This document shows, piece by piece, positions 1 through 14,700 of a stretch of DNA of 64,000 nucleotides. Each line of letters starts with the position of its first letter. The first letter of the stretch is position 1. The stretch comes from Eledone cirrhosa (taxonomy: Eukaryota): NCBI GenBank assembly GCA_964016885.1, contig OZ024740.1:432016001-432080000 (forward strand), in the 5' to 3' direction. Both the position numbers and the translations under genes were made by a program. The notes under the pieces are model-generated. The model worked only from the letters and a program-made list of their open reading frames with translations. It was not told the origin of the DNA and ran no database searches.

Positions 1-114
1 TGATATTATATAGTTTCTACAACAGACCACAACAGTCACCTAGTGGGGAAGACAGACATTATCTGGCTACAGCTGCCATATTATATAGTTTCTACAACAG
101 ACCACAACAGTCAC

Positions 115-189
115 CTAGTGGGGAAGACAGACATTATCAGGCTACAGCTGCCATATTATATAGTTTCTACAACAGACCACAACAGTCAC
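115..189 (-). other. Example of the intron-like monomer register (GT...branch...pyrimidine tract...AG) on the minus strand; repeats every 75 bp
   Basis: The reverse complement reads GTGACTGTTGTGGTCTGTTGTAGAAACTATATAATATGGCAGCTGTAGCCTGATAATGTCTGTCTTCCCCACTAG and is followed immediately by the next GTGACT. The motifs are seen directly; splicing function is inference only. Confidence 0.35.
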
Positions 190-3100
190 CTAGTGGGGAA
201 GACAGACATTATCTGGCTACAGCTGCCATATTTTATAGTTTCTACAACAGACCACAACAGTCACCTAGTGGGGAAGACAGACATTATCAGGCTACAGCTG
301 CAATATTATATAGTTTCTACAACAGACCACAACAGTCACCTAGTGGGGAAGACAGACATTATCTGGCTACAGCTGCCATATTATATAGTTTCTACAACAG
401 ACCACAACAGTCACCTAGTGGGGAAGACAGACATTATCAGGCTACAGCTGCCATATTATATAGTTTCTACAACAGAACACAACAGTCACCTAGTGGGGAA
501 GATAGACATTATCAGGCTACAGCTGTCATATTACATAGTTTCTACAACAGAACACAACAGTCACCTAATGGGGAAGACAGACATTATCAGGCTACAGCTG
601 CCATATTATATAGTTTCTACAACAGACCACAACAGTCACCTAGTGGGGAAGACAGACATTATCAGGCTACAGCTGTCATATTACATAGTTTCTACAACAG
701 AACACAACAGTCACCAAATGGGGAAGACAGACATTATCAGGCTACAGCTGTCATATTATATAGTTTCTACAACAGACCACAACAGTCACCTAGTGGGGAA
801 GACAGACATTATCAGGCTACAGCTGTCATATTACATAGTATCTACAACAGACCACAACAGTCACCTAGTGGGGAAGACAGACATTATCAGGCTACAGCTG
901 CCATACTATATAGTTTCTACAACAGACCACAACAGTCACCAAATGGGGAAGACAGACATTATCAGGCTACAGCTGTCATATTACATAGTTTCTACAACAG
1001 AACACAACAGTCACCTAATGGGGAAGACAGACATTGTCAGGCTACAGCTGCTATGTTATATAGTTTCTACAACAGACCACAACAGTCACCTAGTGGGGAA
1101 GACAGACATTATCTGGCTACAGCTGCCATATTATATAGTTTCTACAACAGACCACAACAGTCACCTAGTGGGGAAGACAGACATTATCAGGCTACAGCTG
1201 CCATATTATATAGTTTCTACAACAGACCACAACAGTCACCTAGTGGGGAAGACAGACATTATCAGGCTACAGCTGTCATGTTATATAGTTTCTACAACAG
1301 ACCACAACAGTCACCAAATGGGGAAGACAGACATTATAAGGCTACAGCTGTCATATTATATAGTTTCTACAACAGACCACAACAGTCACCTAGTGGGGAA
1401 GACAGACATTATCAGGCTACAGCTGTCATATTACATAGTTTCTACAACAAACCACAACAGTCACCTAGTGGGGAAGACAGACATTATCAGGCTACAGCTG
1501 CCATATTATATAGTTTCTACAACAGACCACAACAGTCACCAAATGGGCAAGATAGACATTATCAGGCTACAGCTGTCATATTATATAGTTTCTACAACAG
1601 ACCACAACAGTCACCTAGTGGGGAAGACAGACATTATCAGGCTACAGCTGCCATATTATATAGTTTCTACAACAGAACACAACAGTCACCTAGTGGGGAA
1701 GACAGACATTATCAGGCTACAGCTGTCATATTACATAGTTTCTACAACAGAACACAACAGTCACCTAATGGGGAAGAGAGACATTATCAGGCTACAGCTG
1801 CCATATTATATAGTTTCTACAACAGACCACAATAGTCACCTAGTGGGGAAGACAGACATTATCTGGCTACAGCTGCCATATTATATAGTTTCTACAACAG
1901 ACCACAACAGTCACCTAGTGGGGAAGACAGACATTATCTGGCTACAGCTGCCATATTATATAGTTTCTACAACAGAACACAACAGTCACCTAGTGGGGAA
2001 GACAGACATCATCTGGCTACAGCTGCCATATTATATAGTTTCTACAACAGAACACAACAGTCACCTAGTGGGGAAGACAGACATTATCAAGCTACAGCTG
2101 TCATATTACATAGTTTCTACAACAGAACACAACAGTCACTAAATGGGGAAGACAGACATTATCAGGCTACAGCTGTCATATTATATAGTTTCTACAACAG
2201 ACCACAACAGTCACCTAGTGGGGAAGACAGACATTATCAGGCTACAGCTGTCATGTTATATAGTTTCTATAACAGACCACAACAGTCGCCTAGTGGGGAA
2301 GACAGACATTATCAGGCTACAGCTGCCATATTATATAGTTTCTACAACAGACCACAACAGTCACATAGTGGGGAAGACAGAAATTATCAGGCTACAGCTG
2401 TCATATTACATAGTTTCTACAACAGACCACAACAGTCACCTAGTGGGGAAGACAGACATTATCAGGCTACAGCTGCCATATTATATAGTTTCTACAACAG
2501 ACCACAACAGTCACATAGTGGGGAAGACAGACATTATCAGGCTACAGCTGTCATATTACATAGTTTCTACAACAGACCACAACAGTCACCTAGTGGGGAA
2601 GACAGACATTATCAGGCTACAGCTGCCATATTATATAGTTTCTACAACAGACCACAACAGTCACATAGTGGGGAAGACAGACATTATCAGGCTACAGCTG
2701 TCATATTACATAGTTTCTACAACAGACCACAACAGTCACCTAGTGGGGAAGACAGACATTATCAGGCTACAGCTGTCATATTACATAGTTTCTACAACAG
2801 ACCACAACAGTCACATAGTGGGGAAGACAGACATTATCAGGCTACAGCTGTCATATTACATAGTTTCTACAACAGACAACAACAGTCACCTAGTGGGGAA
2901 GACAGACATTATCAGGCTACAGCTGCCATATTATATAGTTTCTACAACAGACCACAACAGTCACCTAGTGGGGAAGACAGACATTATCTGGCTACAGCTG
3001 CCATATTATATAGTTTCTACAACAGACCACAACAGTCACCTAGTGGGGAAGACAGACATTATCAGGCTACAGCTGTCATATTACATAGTTTCTACAACAG

Positions 3101-5700
3101 ACCACAACAGTCACCTAGTGGGGAAGACAGACATTATCAGGCTACAGCTGTCATATTACATAGTTTCTACAACAGACCACAACAGTCACATAGTGGGGAA
3201 GACAGACATTATCAGGCTACAGCTGTCATATTACATAGTTTCTACAACAGACCACAACAGTCACCTAGTGGGGAAGACAGACATTATCAGGCTACAGCTG
3301 TCATATTACATAGTTCCTACAACAGACCACAACAGTCACCTAGTGGGGAAGACAGACATTATCAGGCTACAGCTGCCATATTATATAGTTTCTACAACAG
3401 ACCACAACAGTCACCTAGTGGGGAAGACAGACATTATCAGGCTACAGCTGTCATATTATATAGTTTCTACAATAGACCACAACAGTCACCTAGTAAGGAA
3501 GACAGACATTATCAGGCTACAGCTGTCATATCATATAGTTTCTACAACAGACCACAACAGTCACCTAGTGGGGAAGACAGACATTATCAGGCTACAGCTG
3601 TCATATTACATAGTTTCTACAACAGACCACAAATGTCACCTAGTGGGGAAGACAGACATTATCAGGCTACAGCTGTCACATTACATAGTTTCTACAACAG
3701 ACCACAAAAGTCACCTAGTGGGGAAGACAGACATTATCTGGCTACAGCTGCCATATTATATAGTTTCTACAACAGAACACAACAGTCACCTAGTGGGGAA
3801 GACAGACATTATCAGGCTACAGCTGTCATATTACGTAGTTTCTACAACAGAACACAACAGTCACTAAATGGGGAAGACAGACATTATCAGGCTACAGCTG
3901 TCATATTATATAGTTTCTACAACAGACCACAACAGTCACCTAGTGGGGAAGACAGACATTATCAGGCTACAGCTGTCATGTTATATAGTTTCTATAACAG
4001 ACCACAACAGTCACCTAGTGGGGAAGACAGACATTATCAGGCTACAGCTGTCATATTACATAGTTTCTACAACAGACCACAACAGTCACCTAGTGGGGAA
4101 GACAGACATTATCAGGCTACAGCTGTCATATTACATAGTTTCTACAACAAACCACAACAGTCACCTAGTGGGGAAGACAGAAATTATCAGGCTACAGCTG
4201 TCATATTACATAGTTTCTACAACAGACCACAACAGTCACCAAATGGGGAAGACAGACATTATCAGGCTACAGCTGCCATATTATATAGTTTCTACAACAG
4301 ACCACAACAGTCACATAGTGGGGAAGACAGACATTATCAGGCTACAGCTGTCATATTACATAGTTTCTACAACAGACCACAACAGTCACCTAGTGGGGAA
4401 GACAGACATTATCAGGCTACAGCTGTCATATTACATAGTTTCTACAACAGACCACAACAGTCACATAGTGGGGAAGACAGACATTATCAGGCTACAGCTG
4501 TCATATTACATAGTTTCTACAACAGACAACAACAGTCACCTAGTGGGGAAGACAGACATTATCAGGCTACAGCTGCCATATTATATAGTTTCTACAACAG
4601 ACCACAACAGTCACCTAGTGGGGAAGACAGACATTATCTGGCTACAGCTGCCATATTATATAGTTTCTACAACAGACCACAACAGTCAACTAGTGGGGAA
4701 GACAGACATTATCTGGCTACAGCTGCCATATTATATAGTTTCTACAACAGAACACAACAGTCACCTAGTGGGGAAGACAGACATTATCAGGCTACAGCTG
4801 TCATATTACATAGTTTCTACAACAGACCACAACAGTCACCTAGTGGGGAAGACAGACATTATCAGGCTACAGCTGTCATATTATATAGTTTCTACAATAG
4901 ACCACAACAGTCACCTAGTAAGGAAGACAGACATTATCAGGCTACAGCTGTCATATCATATAGTTTCTACAACAGACCACGACAGTCACCTAGTGGGGAA
5001 GACAGACATTATCAGGCTACAGCTGCCATATGATATAGTTTCTACAACAGACCACAACAGTCACCTAGTGGGGAAGACAGAAATTATCAGGCTACAGCTG
5101 TAATATTACATAGTTTCTACAACAGACCACAAATGTCACCTAGTGGGGAAGACAGACATTATCAGGCTACAGCTGTCACATTACATAGTTTCTACAACAG
5201 ACCACAAAAGTCACCTAGTGGGGAAGACAGACATTATCAGGCTACAGCTGCCATATTATATAGTTACTACAACAGACCACAACAGTCACCTAGTGGGGAA
5301 GACAGACATTATCAGGCTACAGCTGTCATGTTATATAGTTTCTATAACAGACCACAACAGTCACCTAGTGGGGAAGACAGACATTATCAGGCTACAGCTG
5401 TCATATTACATAGTTTCTACAACAGACCACAACAGTCACCTAGTGGGGAAGACAGACATTATCAGGCTACAGCTGTCATATTACATAGTTTCTACAACAG
5501 ACCACAACAGTCACCTAGTGGGGAAGACAGAAATTATCAGGCTACAGCTGTCATATTACATAGTTTCTACAACAGACCACAACAGTCACCTAGTGGGGAA
5601 GACAGACATTATCAGGCTACAGCTGCGATATTATATAGTTTCTACAACAGACCACAACAGTCACCAAATGGGCAAGATAGACATTATCAGGCTACAGCTG

Positions 5701-8700
5701 TGATATTATATAGTTTCTACAACAGACCACAACAGTCACCTAGTGGGGAAGACAGACATTATCTGGCTACAGCTGCCATATTATATAGTTTCTACAACAG
5801 ACCACAACAGTCACCTAGTGGGGAAGACAGACATTATCAGGCTACAGCTGCCATATTATATAGTTTCTACAACAGACCACAACAGTCACCTAGTGGGGAA
5901 GACAGACATTATCTGGCTACAGCTGCCATATTTTATAGTTTCTACAACAGACCACAACAGTCACCTAGTGGGGAAGACAGACATTATCAGGCTACAGCTG
6001 CAATATTATATAGTTTCTACAACAGACCACAACAGTCACCTAGTGGGGAAGACAGACATTATCTGGCTACAGCTGCCATATTATATAGTTTCTACAACAG
6101 ACCACAACAGTCACCTAGTGGGGAAGACAGACATTATCAGGCTACAGCTGCCATATTATATAGTTTCTACAACAGAACACAACAGTCACCTAGTGGGGAA
6201 GATAGACATTATCAGGCTACAGCTGTCATATTACATAGTTTCTACAACAGAACACAACAGTCACCTAATGGGGAAGACAGACATTATCAGGCTACAGCTG
6301 CCATATTATATAGTTTCTACAACAGACCACAACAGTCACCTAGTGGGGAAGACAGACATTATCAGGCTACAGCTGTCATATTACATAGTTTCTACAACAG
6401 AACACAACAGTCACCAAATGGGGAAGACAGACATTATCAGGCTACAGCTGTCATATTATATAGTTTCTACAACAGACCACAACAGTCACCTAGTGGGGAA
6501 GACAGACATTATCAGGCTACAGCTGTCATATTACATAGTATCTACAACAGACCACAACAGTCACCTAGTGGGGAAGATAGACATTATCAGGCTACAGCTG
6601 CCATACTATATAGTTTCTACAACAGACCACAACAGTCACCTAGTGGGGAAGACAGACATTATCAGGCTACAGCTGTCATGTTATATAGTTTCTACAACAG
6701 ACCACAACAGTCACCAAATGGGGAAGACAGACATTATAAGGCTACAGCTGTCATATTATATAGTTTCTACAACAGACCACAACAGTCACCTAGTGGGGAA
6801 GACAGACATTATCAGGCTACAGCTGTCATATTACATAGTTTCTACAACAAACCACAACAGTCACCTAGTGGGGAAGACAGACATTATCAGGCTACAGCTG
6901 CCATATTATATAGTTTCTACAACAGACCACAACAGTCACCAAATGGGCAAGATAGACATTATCAGGCTACAGCTGTCATATTATATAGTTTCTACAACAG
7001 ACCACAACAGTCACCTAGTGGGGAAGACAGACATTATCAGGCTACAGCTGCCATATTATATAGTTTCTACAACAGAACACAACAGTCACCTAGTGGGGAA
7101 GACAGACATTATCAGGCTACAGCTGTCATATTACATAGTTTCTACAACAGAACACAACAGTCACCTAATGGGGAAGAGAGACATTATCAGGCTACAGCTG
7201 CCATATTATATAGTTTCTACAACAGACCACAATAGTCACCTAGTGGGGAAGACAGACATTATCTGGCTACAGCTGCCATATTATATAGTTTCTACAACAG
7301 ACCACAACAGTCACCTAGTGGGGAAGACAGACATTATCTGGCTACAGCTGCCATATTATATAGTTTCTACAACAGAACACAACAGTCACCTAGTGGGGAA
7401 GACAGACATCATCTGGCTACAGCTGCCATATTATATAGTTTCTACAACAGAACACAACAGTCACCTAGTGGGGAAGACAGACATTATCAAGCTACAGCTG
7501 TCATATTACATAGTTTCTACAACAGAACACAACAGTCACTAAATGGGGAAGACAGACATTATCAGGCTACAGCTGTCATATTATATAGTTTCTACAACAG
7601 ACCACAACAGTCACCTAGTGGGGAAGACAGACATTATCAGGCTACAGCTGTCATGTTATATAGTTTCTATAACAGACCACAACAGTCGCCTAGTGGGGAA
7701 GACAGACATTATCAGGCTACAGCTGTCATATTACATAGTTTCTACAACAGACCACAACAGTCACCTAGTGGGGAAGAGAGACATTATCAGGCTACAGCTG
7801 TCATATTACATAGTTTCTACAACAGACCACAACAGTCACCTAGTGGGGAAGACAGAAATTATCAGGCTACAGCTGTAATATTACATAGTTTCTACAACAG
7901 ACCACAACAGTCACCTAGTGGGGAACACAGACATTACCAGGCTACAGCTGTCATATTACATAGTTTCTACAACAGAACACAACAGTCACTAAATGGGGAA
8001 GACAGACATTATCAGGCTACAGCTGTCATATTATATAGTTTCTACAACAGACCACAACAGTCACCTAGTGGGGAAGACAGACATTATCAGGCTACAGCTG
8101 TCATGTTATATAGTTTCTATAACAGACCACAACAGTCACCTAGTGGGGAAGACAGAAATTATCAGGCTACAGCTGTCATATTACATAGTTTCTACAACAG
8201 ACCACAACAGTCACCTAGTGGGGAAGACAGACATTATCAGGCTACAGCTGCCATATTATATAGTTTCTACAACAGACCACAACAGTCACCAAATGGGCAA
8301 GATAGACATTATCAGGCTACAGCTGTGATATTATATAGTTTCTACAACAGACCACAACAGTCACCTAGTGGGGAAGACAGACATTATCTGGCTACAGCTG
8401 CCATATTATATAGTTTCTACAACAGAACACAACAGTCACCTGGGGGGGAAGACAGACATTATCAGGCTACAGCTGTCATATTACATAGTTTCTACAACAG
8501 AACACAACAGTCACCTAATGGGGAAGACAGACATTGTCAGGCTACAGCTGCCATGTTATATAGTTTCTACAACAGACCACAACAGTCACCTAGTGGGGAA
8601 GACAGACATTATCTGGCTACAGCTGCCATATTATATAGTTTCTACAACAGACCACAACAGTCACCTAGTGGGGAAGACAGACATTATCTGGCTACAGCTG

Positions 8701-11700
8701 CCATATTATATAGTTACTACAACAGACCACAACAGTCACCTAGTGGGGAAGACAGACATTATCAGGCTACAGCTGTCATGTTATATAGTTTCTATAACAG
8801 ACCACAACAGTCACCTAGTGGGGAAGACAGACATTATCAGGCTACAGCTGTCATATTACATAGTTTCTACAACAGACCACAACAGTCACCTAGTGGGGAA
8901 GACAGACATTATCAGGCTACAGCTGTCATATTACATAGTTTCTACAACAGACCACAACAGTCACCTAGTGGGGAAGACAGAAATTATCAGGCTACAGCTG
9001 TCATATTACATAGTTTCTACAACAGACCACAACAGTCACCTAGTGGGGAAGACAGACATTATCAGGCTACAGCTGCCATATTATATAGTTTCTACAACAG
9101 ACCACAACAGTCACCAAATGGGCAAGATAGACATTATCAGGCTACAGCTGTGATATTATATAGTTTCTACAACAGACCACAACAGTCACCTAGTGGGGAA
9201 GACAGACATTATCTGGCTACAGCTGCCATATTATATAGTTTCTACAACAGACCACAACAGTCACCTAGTGGGGAAGACAGACATTATCAGGCTACAGCTG
9301 CCATATTATATAGTTTCTACAACAGACCACAACAGTCACCTAGTGGGGAAGACAGACATTATCTGGCTACAGCTGCCATATTTTATAGTTTCTACAACAG
9401 ACCACAACAGTCACCTAGTGGGGAAGACAGACATTATCAGGCTACAGCTGCAATATTATATAGTTTCTACAACAGACCACAACAGTCACCTAGTGGGGAA
9501 GACAGACATTATCTGGCTACAGCTGCCATATTATATAGTTTCTACAACAGACCACAACAGTCACCTAGTGGGGAAGACAGACATTATCAGGCTACAGCTG
9601 CCATATTATATAGTTTCTACAACAGAACACAACAGTCACCTAGTGGGGAAGATAGACATTATCAGGCTACAGCTGTCATATTACATAGTTTCTACAACAG
9701 AACACAACAGTCACCTAATGGGGAAGACAGACATTATCAGGCTACAGCTGCCATATTATATAGTTTCTACAACAGACCACAACAGTCACCTAGTGGGGAA
9801 GACAGACATTATCAGGCTACAGCTGTCATATTACATAGTTTCTACAACAGAACACAACAGTCACCAAATGGGGAAGACAGACATTATCAGGCTACAGCTG
9901 TCATATTATATAGTTTCTACAACAGACCACAACAGTCACCTAGTGGGGAAGACAGACATTATCAGGCTACAGCTGTCATATTACATAGTATCTACAACAG
10001 ACCACAACAGTCACCTAGTGGGGAAGACAGACATTATCAGGCTACAGCTGCCATACTATATAGTTTCTACAACAGACCACAACAGTCACCAAATGGGGAA
10101 GACAGACATTATCAGGCTACAGCTGTCATATTACATAGTTTCTACAACAGAACACAACAGTCACCTAATGGGGAAGACAGACATTGTCAGGCTACAGCTG
10201 CTATGTTATATAGTTTCTACAACAGACCACAACAGTCACCTAGTGGGGAAGACAGACATTATCTGGCTACAGCTGCCATATTATATAGTTTCTACAACAG
10301 ACCACAACAGTCACCTAGTGGGGAAGACAGACATTATCAGGCTACAGCTGCCATATTATATAGTTTCTACAACAGAACACAACAGTCACTAAATGGGGAA
10401 GACAGACATTATCAGGCTACAGCTGTCATATTATATAGTTTCTACAACAGACCACAACAGTCACCTAGTGGGGAAGACAGACATTATCAGGCTACAGCTG
10501 TCATGTTATATAGTTTCTACAACAGACCACAACAGTCACCAAATGGGGAAGACAGACATTATAAGGCTACAGCTGTCATATTATATAGTTTCTACAACAG
10601 ACCACAACAGTCACCTAGTGGGGAAGACAGACATTATCAGGCTACAGCTGTCATATTACATAGTTTCTACAACAAACCACAACAGTCACCTAGTGGGGAA
10701 GACAGACATTATCAGGCTACAGCTGCCATATTATATAGTTTCTACAACAGACCACAACAGTCACCAAATGGGCAAGATAGACATTATCAGGCTACAGCTG
10801 TCATATTATATAGTTTCTACAACAGACCACAACAGTCACCTAGTGGGGAAGACAGACATTATCAGGCTACAGCTGTCATATTACATAGTTTCTACAACAG
10901 AACACAACAGTCACCTAATGGGGAAGAGAGACATTATCAGGCTACAGCTGCCATATTATATAGTTTCTACAACAGACCACAATAGTCACCTAGTGGGGAA
11001 GACAGACATTATCTGGCTACAGCTGCCATATTATATAGTTTCTACAACAGACCACAACAGTCACCTAGTGGGGAAGACAGACATTATCTGGCTACAGCTG
11101 CCATATTATATAGTTTCTACAACAGAACACAACAGTCACCTAGTGGGGAAGACAGACATCATCTGGCTACAGCTGCCATATTATATAGTTTCTACAACAG
11201 AACACAACAGTCACCTAGTGGGGAAGACAGACATTATCAAGCTACAGCTGTCATATTACATAGTTTCTACAACAGAACACAACAGTCACTAAATGGGGAA
11301 GACAGACATTATCAGGCTACAGCTGTCATATTATATAGTTTCTACAACAGACCACAACAGTCACCTAGTGGGGAAGACAGACATTATCAGGCTACAGCTG
11401 TCATGTTATATAGTTTCTATAACAGACCACAACAGTCGCCTAGTGGGGAAGACAGACATTATCAGGCTACAGCTGTCATATTACATAGTTTCTACAACAG
11501 ACCACAACAGTCACCTAGTGGGGAAGAGAGACATTATCAGGCTACAGCTGTCATATTACATAGTTTCTACAACAGACCACAACAGTCACCTAGTGGGGAA
11601 GACAGAAATTATCAGGCTACAGCTGTAATATTACATAGTTTCTACAACAGACCACAACAGTCACCTAGTGGGGAACACAGACATTACCAGGCTACGGCTG

Positions 11701-14700
11701 TCATATTACATAGTTTCTACAACAGAACACAACAGTCACTAAATGGGGAAGACAGACATTATCAGGCTACAGCTGTCATATTATATAGTTTCTACAACAG
11801 ACCACAACAGTCACCTAGTGGGGAAGACAGACATTATCAGGCTACAGCTGTCATGTTATATAGTTTCTATAACAGACCACAACAGTCACCTAGTGGGGAA
11901 GACAGAAATTATCAGGCTACAGCTGTCATATTACATAGTTTCTACAACAGACCACAACAGTCACCTAGTGGGGAAGACAGACATTATCAGGCTACAGCTG
12001 CCATATTATATAGTTTCTACAACAGACCACAACAGTCACCAAATGGGCAAGATAGACATTATCAGGCTACAGCTGTGATATTATATAGTTTCTACAACAG
12101 ACCACAACAGTCACCTAGTGGGGAAGACAGACATTATCTGGCTACAGCTGCCATATTATATAGTTTCTACAACAGAACACAACAGTCACCTGGGGGGGAA
12201 GACAGACATTATCAGGCTACAGCTGTCATATTACATAGTTTCTACAACAGAACACAACAGTCACCTAATGGGGAAGACAGACATTGTCAGGCTACAGCTG
12301 CCATGTTATATAGTTTCTACAACAGACCACAACAGTCACCTAGTGGGGAAGACAGACATTATCTGGCTACAGCTGCCATATTATATAGTTTCTACAACAG
12401 ACCACAACAGTCACCTAGTGGGGAAGACAGACATTATCTGGCTACAGCTGCCATATTATATAGTTACTACAACAGACCACAACAGTCACCTAGTGGGGAA
12501 GACAGACATTATCAGGCTACAGCTGTCATGTTATATAGTTTCTATAACAGACCACAACAGTCACCTAGTGGGGAAGACAGACATTATCAGGCTACAGCTG
12601 TCATATTACATAGTTTCTACAACAGACCACAACAGTCACCTAGTGGGGAAGACAGACATTATCAGGCTACAGCTGTCATATTACATAGTTTCTACAACAG
12701 ACCACAACAGTCACCTAGTGGGGAAGACAGAAATTATCAGGCTACAGCTGTCATATTACATAGTTTCTACAACAGACCACAACAGTCACCTAGTGGGGAA
12801 GACAGACATTATCAGGCTACAGCTGCCATATTATATAGTTTCTACAACAGACCACAACAGTCACCAAATGGGCAAGATAGACATTATCAGGCTACAGCTG
12901 TGATATTATATAGTTTCTACAACAGACCACAACAGTCACCTAGTGGGGAAGACAGACATTATCTGGCTACAGCTGCCATATTATATAGTTTCTACAACAG
13001 ACCACAACAGTCACCTAGTGGGGAAGACAGACATTATCAGGCTACAGCTGCCATATTATATAGTTTCTACAACAGACCACAACAGTCACCTAGTGGGGAA
13101 GACAGACATTATCTGGCTACAGCTGCCATATTTTATAGTTTCTACAACAGACCACAACAGTCACCTAGTGGGGAAGACAGACATTATCAGGCTACAGCTG
13201 CAATATTATATAGTTTCTACAACAGACCACAACAGTCACCTAGTGGGGAAGACAGACATTATCTGGCTACAGCTGCCATATTATATAGTTTCTACAACAG
13301 ACCACAACAGTCACCTAGTGGGGAAGACAGACATTATCAGGCTACAGCTGCCATATTATATAGTTTCTACAACAGAACACAACAGTCACCTAGTGGGGAA
13401 GATAGACATTATCAGGCTACAGCTGTCATATTACATAGTTTCTACAACAGAACACAACAGTCACCTAATGGGGAAGACAGACATTATCAGGCTACAGCTG
13501 CCATATTATATAGTTTCTACAACAGACCACAACAGTCACCTAGTGGGGAAGACAGACATTATCAGGCTACAGCTGTCATATTACATAGTTTCTACAACAG
13601 AACACAACAGTCACCAAATGGGGAAGACAGACATTATCAGGCTACAGCTGTCATATTATATAGTTTCTACAACAGACCACAACAGTCACCTAGTGGGGAA
13701 GACAGACATTATCAGGCTACAGCTGTCATATTACATAGTATCTACAACAGACCACAACAGTCACCTAGTGGGGAAGACAGACATTATCAGGCTACAGCTG
13801 CCATACTATATAGTTTCTACAACAGACCACAACAGTCACCAAATGGGGAAGACAGACATTATCAGGCTACAGCTGTCATATTACATAGTTTCTACAACAG
13901 AACACAACAGTCACCTAATGGGGAAGACAGACATTGTCAGGCTACAGCTGCTATGTTATATAGTTTCTACAACAGACCACAACAGTCACCTAGTGGGGAA
14001 GACAGACATTATCTGGCTACAGCTGCCATATTATATAGTTTCTACAACAGACCACAACAGTCACCTAGTGGGGAAGACAGACATTATCAGGCTACAGCTG
14101 CCATATTATATAGTTTCTACAACAGAACACAACAGTCACTAAATGGGGAAGACAGACATTATCAGGCTACAGCTGTCATATTATATAGTTTCTACAACAG
14201 ACCACAACAGTCACCTAGTGGGGAAGACAGACATTATCAGGCTACAGCTGTCATGTTATATAGTTTCTACAACAGACCACAACAGTCACCAAATGGGGAA
14301 GACAGACATTATAAGGCTACAGCTGTCATATTATATAGTTTCTACAACAGACCACAACAGTCACCTAGTGGGGAAGACAGACATTATCAGGCTACAGCTG
14401 TCATATTACATAGTTTCTACAACAAACCACAACAGTCACCTAGTGGGGAAGACAGACATTATCAGGCTACAGCTGCCATATTATATAGTTTCTACAACAG
14501 ACCACAACAGTCACCAAATGGGCAAGATAGACATTATCAGGCTACAGCTGTCATATTATATAGTTTCTACAACAGACCACAACAGTCACCTAGTGGGGAA
14601 GACAGACATTATCAGGCTACAGCTGCCATATTATATAGTTTCTACAACAGAACACAACAGTCACCTAGTGGGGAAGACAGACATTATCAGGCTACAGCTG

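Noticed and set aside
1-40. Bacterial sigma70 promoter (TATAAT on the minus strand)
   Set aside because: The best -35 candidate is TTGTGG (3/6 match), no downstream ORF exists, and the context is a eukaryote-like satellite.
41-50. G-quadruplex potential from the GGGG run
   Set aside because: There is only one G-run per 75 bp, so ~70-nt loops are too long for a canonical intramolecular G4.
1-75. Tandem tRNA, 5S or snRNA gene array (75 bp is tRNA-sized)
   Set aside because: I found no acceptor stem, cloverleaf, GTTCRA T-loop/B box, or spacer and terminator on either strand. tRNAscan-SE or Infernal against Rfam would confirm.
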